Positions 39,217-50,402 of a stretch of DNA of 64,000 bases are shown here, piece by piece (position 1 is the stretch's first letter; each line of letters starts with the position of its first letter). Position numbers and translations under genes: made by a program. The DNA is taken from positions 13,330,001 to 13,394,000 of the forward strand of contig NC_081331.1 in NCBI RefSeq assembly GCF_022539665.2. The letters are read 5' to 3'. Source of the stretch: Daphnia carinata (lineage: Eukaryota). The notes beneath the pieces were generated by a model, which made no database searches, was not told the origin of the DNA, and saw nothing but the letters and a program-made list of their open reading frames with translations.

Positions 39217-42200
39217 TTTCCCAACACCATACTTGACAATAAAGAACTGTGCAATTTAGACACTTGTGCTTGTCATACCATTATTTTGTATCAGGGGATT
39301 TTATGAATAATTGCACAAAAAACATAATCTAGATCAAGATCTCCAGTGCAGTTGAGCTGAATGAACGTTGCAGTTATGAAACAGTAAATGACTAGATCAG
39401 ACTAATGAAGGAAAAAACAAAATGAAAATTTAAATATTTTTGGAAAGATCATCGTGTATTTTGTTCAGCATAGCTGTATACCGCCAGTATTTTTCACAAT
39501 ATGCCAGACATTTTCTTAGGTTACCAATCTTCCATTTAAAAAATTGTTTATGTTTCACTCCGTTGTTTTGTCGGAATAAGGAAAATGGCAACAGCAAAAC
39601 GCAAGGCACTAGCCATCACGACAGCGTTCTTTAATTTGGTTGTTCGTCCTCCACGAATAATTGTACAGTGGCAGAGTACGGTTAAGGTGGGTGCGCGGAA
39701 CTTTTTTTTAATTGCAACTTCCCGTGCAAAATGTGTAGCATAAGCTTTTGTTTCATACTCCATTTCTCTAAATTTTTACGATTGCCTTTTTTTTGGGCGG
39801 AAAATAAGAATATGGCCCACATCAAGTATTTACCTCCTGATAAATGTAAACAATCGCGTAATCTTAGCGACCGCAAGTGTGTCCAGATATTTGTATAGCG
39901 ACTGCAAGGAAAACAATCTTTGAGTAACACAAACGTTCTGAGGAGGGTTTTAATGGCAGCACAAAAAATAGAACAAACCAAAAAAGAACAGCTCAACGTG
40001 CAAAGCCGTTTGTCTGACCGATCGTCCATTTTTAGGTAAGTCGGCCATGAATCACTCAAAGTTTCTGACCATCTGCTTTCTGCATGTGTGTACTGTTACA
40101 CAACGCCACTTGTTCAAGTTAACTCTTAAAGGGACCCGCAAAACCAAACACAAAAAGGTGCAAATACAATAGTTCAGAATGAAAGGAAACAAAAAAGTAA
40201 GTGCTTTGGCTCTCACCTGAATGATGGTTTTTTTCTGGAAAACCCAAGTTTAACGGTACGTAAACTATTTTGTCATGAGCTCCAAACTGCCAATTGAAAA
40301 GCGGAAAAAGAAAAAGGGATATTAAAGTCCAATTGAGAAGTTATGGATCAGCAGCTGAAATTGGACGGGTGAACTGGATCGTATAAATTGATAAGAGAGA
40401 AGATGAATATTTGCGTCGGCCTAGATAGTTACCAACTAACAAAGTAAAAGGACGGGTGAAAATTCACCGTTAATAACCGGGCGGCGATTTGTCCACCTGT
40501 TCTTCTGCCTGAGTTTGTGCTCGAGGGTTGTATGATATCGCAAGCCAGGTGTACACTTGACTAACAGACACTTGATGAGACCTCGTATCCGGGTTGCTTT
40601 TTTTTTCCTACTTCAAAAATGCACAGACACTTTAATTCATATAGGCTATGATACCATATCAATGGTTACACTTATGCATAATGCACGGTTTCACGTTTGC
40701 GGTGATATTGCCATGTTATGTCACGCGCTAGCCCTCGAGTGTCGAACGCTGAATTCTGCATTACAATAAAGTAGTTCAATGACTTGGCAGGTGGTTTTCT
40801 GAAATTCGACATTGAGATTTGAGAAGGAGGGAGCCTATTTACTTCGAATGAACGTCAACGTATAAATAAAGCCATATTGGCGATCCGTTCAGATGCAATG
40901 AAAAATGCTTAAAGAAAACACGCTTTACCGAACAGCTGATCACAAACTTTAGTGAATAAAGTTTTTTTTTTTACTAACGTTTCACACAAAGAACCCAATT
41001 TTTGGTTGTTACTTGAGCGTGACATCTTTAAAAAGTAATCTGTTTCGATTGATTTCTCTTTTAAACAAAAATTCTTCACGGTAGGAGAAAACCCGAAGCA
41101 CTTTGTTACAGTTGAATGGCTCCTTATCGGAAAAATTCTCACATAGTTAGTTTGAAATGCTCGATTACAATGCACGCAGACCAACAGATTGAAAGGAAAT
41201 CAAATGAATGCGGATGCTCTTTGGCAAGTGGATACGCTCTGCTTTGCCAGACCTTTGCCCAAATTTCTTGGTCTCATGCATTGCCCTTACGTACAACGTA
41301 AAGGAACGTAGAAAGCAGAGCTTGCATTAGAAGATGGATGTCCAACAAACCGAAAACAAAGGAGGAAATATTTTTCTTCCATTGACTTTGCCAAGGAGGA
41401 AAAAAAATTCCAACACATTCTGTATCCCTTTATGTGTCCTAAATGGTGTCACACGCTTCAACAACGAATAGGGTCACACTAGCTTTTTTGTCCTGGAAGG
41501 ATCACGATTCACTATCGGGCCTTATCACACCTTAACGCAAAGATGAACAAGATAATTGATGTGTTTCATCAACTCGTCTGGTGACGCATAACGACAAGCG
41601 ACAGTTAACAAAATTGATAAATATCGTTAGTGGGACGCTCACCATTTACTGGTAATTGCAGTGGCACCAGGAAGAAGGCCAGAATGGATGACGGGCTAGG
41701 GAAAACAAGGCCGTATAGCTCCCGCAAGCGCCCTTAATTGGATCTCCTTCCTGGAGACACACACACGTCCAAGATTAATCAAAAAGTTGTAAAAAGAAAA
41801 AGACAGAAAGAGAAGAGGAAGGAAAGAAAAACGACTTTCTCCAATAAGACTGCAGGGTGGTATATAGCCGCAGAGCCCGTCCCGCTTTTCTTCGGTCCAG
41901 CTGACGATACTGCTGACGCACATACATGTTCCTTCAACAGCCAATCGCTACCGAAACCACTTGGTTTCCTGAATTCTTTTGACGGTGAAAGATGGCATCT
42001 GCCAAGCTTTCCAGGTTGCCTCTGCATGAGGTGGATGCGATGCACTAGTGAAAGTCGCAAACTCTTTAACTGTAAAGGCAATTGCTTTTAGCTAGTTATA
42101 ATGCAGTGTGCACATATGCTATACCTGGCTTACGGCGCAAGGTAAAGGCTTTCTGTTTGTTGATGATACTGGGTCGTTTCTTCTGCTTTCAACTCCAATA

Positions 42201-43284
42201 TCCTTAGGTGCGTAAAGCATAAAAGAAATCAGGGAAAAGTAAAAGTTTAAATGCTCTTATGGTTAAATTCCGACATTAAAAAAAACACACGGGCTATCAC
42301 GTACACATTAGCCAGCTAGCCTGGATCGCTTATTTCTGGTCGGGTGGTAGCATACATTTGATTTGGGGTAAGGCAATTTTATAAGCCATTGGTGGGACAA
42401 CTTGAGGAAGAAAGAGAGAAAGAAAGAGGTTTGGAGAAGTGAATTACCCTGAAAAAAAAAATATTAGCCGATCTTGGATGTAGCACCTGCTATACTGCTG
42501 ATGTTAAATCTTCTTCCAATAGATGCTAGTAGATTCTAAAGAGAAAGTCAGAAAAGATTTAGTTTTTTCCCCATCTAAAATTAGCTCAATGTTTTCTACA
42601 ATAGAAATCGTTTCAATTGATAGCGCGTGGGAGGTTTCTGCTACTGAAACGGCCTATCTTCGATAAACGATGCAAATTTTGCGGGGGAATTTTCCATTCT
42701 TTTCTTGGTTAAATGATTATTGCGAGTGAAATGAAGAAAAACCTCCTAGGGAGACTTGTCAACGGCCTTAAAGGGGTTTCACAGTTTTCTCCACACTTTA
42801 TTAGGGCATCGTTTTGTTAAATGAAGCGAGTAAATGCAGCCGGAGTATACAGGCGTTGCATTACCAAATGTTGTCCATCCTATTCTTCGGGCTGTACTTT
42901 CTCTTCGACGAAGTGATTACACGCGTTCTTCCAGCCTAAGGAAAAATAATAATTATGAGCGAAGAAAGAGAACACAGTAGACACCGATCTCTAGTTAGAA
43001 GGAAGCATTTCTATTTTTTTTTATTCTCTTAGTGATCGTTTTACTGTATGCCCCAGTCTTTGTTCTTGTAGATGTTCGTGTATGTGTCGGTTGACCATAA
43101 GAGATTCCTGACCACTGGACCGTCACCAGGTAGCCAGATGGAGGAAGAAAATAAAGGAAGAAAAAGAAGAAGCGAAGAAAAGAAAAACGAAAAATAAAAA
43201 CACCTTTGGCGGCCGTGACGTCTAGAGTGAAAACCAAAGGATGGTCTAGTGAGGGTGGGGGGCGGAGTTATGAACGAATGGATG

Positions 43285-43320
43285 TATAAATGTGCCTGCA
43301 CGGTGGATCCAATATCATTC
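43285..43320 (+). promoter_or_regulatory. TATA box plus arthropod initiator of the cuticle protein gene
   Basis: TATAAA at 43285-43290 and TCATTC Inr (A at 43317), a canonical ~32-nt spacing, about 80 nt upstream of the ATG. Confidence 0.7.
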
Positions 43321-43399
43321 TCAACAGCATTCTCAAAGCGAGTGTAGTGTACTCCATTTCAGCCAATTTCATCTACCAGTTTTTACCATTCCTAGGAAT

Positions 43400-44496
43400 A
43401 TGAAGGTTTCAGTCATGGTAAATATTTCAATTTTGTACCTGTTTTAATTTGCTTAGCAAAAATGAAAGGGATCAATTGATGTAAGTGTTGCTCTGAAAAT
43501 GTTTGAAAAAAAAAATGATTATTACATTTAGGTCAATAGACGAAACACATGTTTCTTATTTAGAACATGCTGTATGTGAACTCCAACAAGGAATAATTAC
43601 TTTTTTTTTACGGTGCGAAACTAGGCCGTTCTGCAGTTTAGTCTGTCGTGTGCAATAAAACTAACGGATTTCGTTCTTGTTTTGTTGTAATACTAACTTG
43701 CAGATTGCACTGTTGTGCTTGGTGGGTTTGGCTGTATGCTTCCCGGCTGAGTCCAGTGGATCTTTCGCTGAAAGACGCAACCTGCGTAGAAAGAACGCGG
43801 TCACCGCACCACAACCGTTTCGCAGCCGCCAATCTGAACCTCTTCAGCCCGAATACCTTTCCGCCAAACCCAAGCAAACTAGCGAATACACGCCATTAGG
43901 TCCAGATGTCCAGGAGCGTTCGTCTGCTCCCCAACAGAGCTTTGCCAAACCAGGTTTCCAGCAGAAACGCAAACCTATCAGCCCCATTAGACCCGTGGCC
44001 GAAAAGTACGTCGCTGAAGCCAGCAACGCCTATGACAACACCGGATACGAAGCTGGCTCCTACGATGAGGGACATCTTAAATTCGAACAAGGAGTGCAAA
44101 ACAACGCTGCTTCCTACAACAGTGATCAGGTCTGTTACGTGCTGGCAACATCTTTATAGAACGTGGGAACTAACTGTAATATACGCCTTTATTACAGGGG
44201 GTGAAAGACGGTCGCGTTCAATTCTCCATCGCAGGTCAACAGGGACCCAACAGCTACCGTTTCGGTTATGATACTGGCAAAGGGTACGTGCTTGAAGAAA
44301 ATTACATTCCCAAATAAAAAGAAAAATATTTACCCTAATTTGTTTTTGCTTTTCTAGAGCTGACCGCACTTTCCGCATTGAGGAACGCGACAACTCTGGT
44401 GTTATCCATGGCCGTTATGGATACTACGATCCATCTGGAAAATTCCGTGTTGTCAACTACAAAGCTCACCCTGAGTCCGGATTCGCTATCGTTTGA
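43400..44496 (+). CDS. Cuticular protein with Rebers-Riddiford chitin-binding domain; exons 43400-43417, ~43704-44129, ~44198-44283, ~44358-44496
   Basis: Signal peptide split by intron 1 (MKVSVM|IALLCLVGLAVC), low-complexity linker, then GPNSYRFGYDTGKGADRTFRIEERDNSGVIHGRYGYYDPSGKFRVVNYKAHPESGF (R&R consensus G-Y-Y-DP-G-R-V-Y-A-GF). Confidence 0.9.
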
Positions 44497-44819
44497 ATAG
44501 TTGTTCCAGAGAATTCCACGCTGAAGGGTAATTGAGGTCTCCATTCGACATTCCATAGACATCTGCCGAGCTTCTTGACGTTATTCACTTAATTACTGTT
44601 TGTTGGCTCGGCGTAGCTGGGCTACGCCAGTCGAATTTTGTTTACGAATACATCCATCTCTTGATGAGAGGTTTTAAAAACTATTTTCGGAAAATCAAAT
44701 TTTTCGGGACGTGTATTAAACACGGATCCTCAGTGGTCAAATATCCCATTATTCCTTCAAATAATAATTGAAAAAAATAAAGTTGCTGGCGAGTTGGTGG
44801 GGATTTCGCTTTTTCTTTT

Positions 44820-46844
44820 TCACTTTTTCTCGGCTGCGATGGTAACTCCACGACGGATCTGACCCCATCCAATCAACCTTAGTGTACAAAAAAAACAAAA
44901 AAACATTACAGAGTTAGGACGCGGTTAACCTAAATCACAGGAAAGACAATCACCTCCAGTGTTTCTCAACTCGGCGACTGAGTGCAATTTTCTCTCCAAC
45001 TTCAGTACACACAGGATTTGTCAAGCTAATTTTTGCCAAATCGGCCTTAACAGCCAAGACGCGACCACCGGTAGAAAGCGAGCCGATGTTAACCATCAAT
45101 ACTTCGTTTTTAGACAGTTTCTGCACTTTGGCGCCTTTCTTATCTCCTTCGGTTCTGACACCAAGCAAGCGGCGCAGTAAAAAGTACGAAATTTCAAGCT
45201 CAGTAAAGATTTCTGGCAGGGCATTAATCGACCCAAGAACTTGTCCGACCATTCGATCGGCTCGACTCAACGTTGGGTCGATCATAGTGCCAACACCTGG
45301 AAAAAGAAATGATATGATGACTAATCAAACATTTACCTCTATGAAGTCATAACTAACCAATTAATCCTCCGGGAACGGCGTACATCAATTCATTTTGCTC
45401 GGCGTATAATGAAACAATTCGGGAAAAGATGGGATTGCACGTCAATTTTCCTTCGGAATCTTTAGATACCAAGCCAGGCCGTACTTCAATCTCTTGTCCC
45501 ACCTTCACGGCAAGGATTTTGATGCATCAAGTGATATTCTTCATTATCAAATTTTCGAGGTATACCTTCAGTACTCCCTTCAAAATACTGCCTCCAGCTA
45601 CACCACCCTTTAAGTCGTCTACTTCGCAACCGGGTTTATTCACGTCGAACGAACGAATAATGATCAGTCGGGGTTCTGCAGAAAAATCGCGCAGCGGAAT
45701 GGGAATCTTGTTTACCACGTACTCGGCAATAACCTCTATGTTATATTTCAGCTGAGCTGAGATTGGGATAACGGGAGCGCCTTCGGCAACGGTGCCTACG
45801 AAATAAAGGCACTTGATGTTACAGTTCACACACCGTTTAAAAACTATCGATTAACATACCTTGAACGAACTTCAAAATTTGTTCATACTGATCCTTAGCT
45901 TGGCTTTCCTTCACCAAATCAATTTTGTTTTGAAGGATCAAGATGTGTTTGAGCTTCATGATTTCAATGGCAGCCAAGTGTTCTGAAGTCTGAGGTTGAG
46001 GGCATGATTCGTTTCCAGCTAAAATAAATTTTTTCTTATTAGATGGATGAGAAGAATGGATTGGCAATCAAGCATTTACCAATTAGAAGAAGAGCAGCGT
46101 CCATGACGGCTGCACCGTTCAACATGGTGGCCATGAGAATGTCGTGACCAGGACAATCAACAAAAGATACATGTCTTACTAACTTGAATTTCCCTAGCGG
46201 CCCCATGAAAGAGTCATCCTGGCAATAATGATTATTTCAGTTTACTGGCACATGATCTAACATCACATCACCAAGTCATACCTTTGATGAACTTCCAGAC
46301 ATGTAACAAATAGGCCTTGGGCATTTTTCATTGTCACATTTGAAGATTTTGGCATTGGCATAACCTAATTTGATGGTGATGTTGCGTTCCAGTTCATTCT
46401 TGAAGCGCACAGTTTGCACACCAGACAAGGCCTTTACTACTGTTGACTTGCCATGGGCTACATGTCCAATTGTGCCTGGAGAACAAAGTATGACAATTCA
46501 GGGTGGTGAGCATTAGTTTATAGGTTTGAAATACTTATCTTACCAATATTAATGGTGGCCTGCCTACTAATGACTTCTGGGGAGAGTGCATTTAATTTGG
46601 AAACATCCTATAATTAAAAAAGTAGTTATTAACACAAAAGTGAAAACAGACATTTGCTGATGCAACCACAACACCCGGAGCCGGGTAACCAATCACTGGA
46701 CAGCGATCGGTCACCGGTCGCTTTTGGTGTTTCCCAACAAAAAAAAACATAACACTTGTCTTCTCTTACTAATTTCGATAGATCCTGTTTCGCCAAATGA
46801 GGCTGTCCAGTAGTCACAGTCGGAAATTCTTCAGCCGTAGACAT
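44820..46844 (-). CDS. EIF2S3: Eukaryotic translation initiation factor 2 subunit gamma, 9 exons
   Basis: [107 protein letters not shown]. Confidence 0.97.
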
Positions 46845-49800
46845 TTTTAACGTGGAAGCTGAAAGGTAGAGGAATAGCAGACGGGAACGGTGCGTTCATA
46901 AAACTTCGTTACTGAAAGCTGTTGCCAGTTTCATGAATAAGACCGAAAACTCGAAAATCCAAAAGAATTTTTATTTTAAAATGTATTGTGAATAAACAGT
47001 AATTTGTGGTTCTTGTATGAATAATAAAAGGTGGCTGGAGCACCCATAAATATATGAGCTGGCCTCTTCTTATTGTTCCTTATTGGATGTATTTCTTGTT
47101 TCGAACAGTAAATGTGTAATAAGCCGGCAAGCCAATCGTAAGGAAAGTTCATAAATTTAACACTAGATGGAGCAGGGAGTTCTTTTTTCTCTTTATTTCA
47201 TTCAAACTTACGGCTTTTGAACGGCACGATCCGCTACGGCTGATTTTGTTTGCCTTGGCTGTCCCTCAATAGAAGAAATAAACCTTTGATGATGTGTTTG
47301 CTTCAATCTTTCCTTACATCAGCTTCTTGGGTAGCACCACATTGACGGGTTGTTTTTATATTGTCATTTGAAAATCACGAATGACGTGACAAAAGAAGAC
47401 GAGAAAAGAGCAGTGCCGTATACCCCACTTCAACGTGCCCCATAAAAACACGCGGGCATAAAATCACGATTCGGGAACGTTTTCATGAGAGGGAATACAA
47501 GGGATCAAAGGCATAAACACACACGGGAAAAATAGAGAGAAAGGGGAGAAAAAAAAAACATTTGAATTCAGTCCAAATCTCTTTGCATATTTGATCAGGT
47601 GTATGGTCATCACTGACAGGTTGGTATACATTAGTTAGAAAAAAAAAAAAGGAAGGGGGGGATCAGGTGGATGCCGAGGAATTGATGGAAGCAACCGTCA
47701 ACTTATGCCCATCTGTTTGTGTGTTTTAGGAGGGAAGAAAAATAAAAACGAATGGAAAACCAATAGATCCGTATAAGGTGAACATGCCAATCAACATAGG
47801 AAATATAGGCTAACAGACGAGAGTAGTCGAGAGAGGAAGACAAGATTCATGGAACCTTTCTCCTACATAATACATTACCCTGCGGCTCTCCACGAAATGA
47901 CGTTGATTTACAAGCGGGATCTGGAGAGAATAAAAAAAAAAAAATCCGTCCCTTCGAAAAATAGAGAAAAAATAAAAAAAGAATTTCGTTTAATAAGAAA
48001 ATTAATGTTTGCCCTGGCTATGGCATGCGTCGAATTAAACATGGAGCCGATTTTCTTTTTTCCTCTTCGACATCCTTAAACTTTTGCGCCGTAAGTTATC
48101 AATTATGTCTTAACTCTATTGTTCCCGTAAATCTTGTTAACTTATCCTTCATAAAACTAAACATACATTTTTTTTTTTTAAACTGCTATCCTGATGTTTG
48201 CATTTTATTTCCTTCCATCGCAGGTGCCTTCCTAATTTGTCCCAACATATTTCCATACAAGCAAATTGGTCGATTTAGACTTTTAGAGTTTTGAAGGCTC
48301 CCACAAGAAACTCAATATCCCTTCCCCCTCTCTGCAAATACAAGTCAATTGATCAAAGCCTCTATGGTTCCCCACAAAATTGACAATTTCCTTTTATCAG
48401 CTTATAATTTAAAAATAAATACGTGATAATGGGGGGACATGCCGATACTTGAGACGTTCAAGTTTGCTGATGGGTTGAATAAGATCACTTAAAAAATGGT
48501 CCAGTTCCTAACCAAAAAGGACCGACCATAGCAAAAAATTAAGTCAAAATCTTGATTCTATTATAATCATTTCAAAGAGGACCGCGAACGCACTTGCTTT
48601 ATTATTACATCTCTTGTATTTCATCTGCTGAGTTCGTAGAAATATATTCATACACGCAGTTGTCACCATCAATTCGATCGTGAATTGAGTCAATAGATTC
48701 AAGTGCTGCACGGGGTGTCCGACCAAGTGAAGAAAATCAGAAGTAGGAGTGGTGGGAGTGGGGGGGATACATCCCTTTTTTCTTATGCGTAGATGGACGG
48801 CGGGTTGCTTTGATCAATCGGCGCGACACCCCGAATCAAAAGAGAAGAATGTGTCGCCTCCCTTTCTCTCTTTTTTTTTTTTTTTTACAACCCTCCCCAA
48901 CGTGTCGATTGAATAAGTCGAAAAGTGGAGAGACATCACACACAACTAACTGGGGGAAGAAAGTTGTACACAATATACAAAGCAGCTCTAGCTCGCTATA
49001 GAGAGAGAGCAGTCGATTGTGCGTGTATGTACGATGTTGCATCACGACCCGTGTTGGATCCGCGGTGGGGTGGGTGCGGATGGATTTATCCATCAAGTGA
49101 TCAGCTGATGGATGTTGAGAGGAAATAGAAGAATGGAAGAAAGAAGGGAAGAAAAAAAAAGAAGAAGCTTGGAGTGTGCAGCCGACGATGTGATTCAATC
49201 GGTCGATCCTCTGAATATATCCCAAATCCCTCCCTATCTACTCTTGTGCCACATCCCCGCCCCCACCTTCTCTTTTCAAAGTGCAAAGACGATTGAGAAG
49301 AAGAAGAAGAAGCTGATGGAACGTGGCGATAGGCTATTGAATCGCTTTTTTTTTTTAGCCCGTATAGCCCCTTTCCTAGCACATCCTCTTCAATCCATCG
49401 ATTCATTATTTATTTCTTCGTTCCCTTCTTTTTTTTTTCTTGTCCCTGGCCTCTTTTGTATATTCTCTCTATCTCTTTATTTGACTTGATTCGACAGCTG
49501 TGTACTATGCCGTATAGGCGCAGCGTGATGCGTCCCTCCGTATTGACACTCCCCTCGGTGGCGTCGTGGTTCAGTTCATTTTCACGATTCCGAAATCGAT
49601 ATCGTGTATTTTCTCTCATAGCTTTCCAGAGTGTGCCTCATTTTTCTATCAACATTCAACGCGTTAAAAGCTGGAAATGTTGTTGACGTGTCCATTGAAA
49701 CACAGAAGCCGAATGCGTTTTTTTTTTAAGGCTGTTGTGTACATTTGCGGGATAAAGATAGGGCTGAAAATCAACAAGGAAAATTGATTGATTCGAATAA

Positions 49801-50332
49801 AAGATGTGACGGGCAATGGCTAAAGCTTGAAAAAAAAAAGAGAAGTTTCGATGCGATCCATCAAGTCGTAACGTACAGCGATGACTGTATGCTGATGCCT
49901 ATCGCTGCGGAGTTTGGGCGGCTCGTGCCGCACGAAAACGGGGTATTTCAGGGTCCGGGAAAGGGGCCGATTGTAAAATCCATAAAGTAAATTGACTTTC
50001 CTTTGGCGTCTGTACACGGCAAAGTCATACAATGACGCACAATTAAAATGATTTCCATTTTTTTTTTTTTTTTTTACGTGTTATGTTTAAATGTCAATAA
50101 CGCGAATCAATGGAATTAAAAATGTTGACTTTCATGTTGTTGTTTTTTTTTAAGGGGCGAAACACACACACACACGCAGTCTGTTTAAGAAATACAAGAC
50201 AAATATACATAGAATATTAGAGAAGAGTGCACAGCTGGTCCAGATTCTGAGGGAAGACGTGAGGAAAAAGAACCTTCTATGTCCCGGCAGCACTTAGTCA
50301 GATGACTTGACACACACATGAATTCAACAGAA

Positions 50333-50402
50333 AGAGAGAGAGAGAGAGAGTCGATGTATACAGCCTATGTGTGTGTATATACACTGTGTGTGTGTGTGTG
50401 TG
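50333..50402. repeat. Compound microsatellite: (AG)9 followed by (TG)n
   Basis: AG run at 50333-50350 and TG run at ~50386-50402, read directly. Confidence 0.85.

Noticed and set aside
39440..43301. Short ORFs between PSMG4 and the cuticle protein gene
   Set aside because: No coherent exon chain or homology; treated as intergenic or regulatory.
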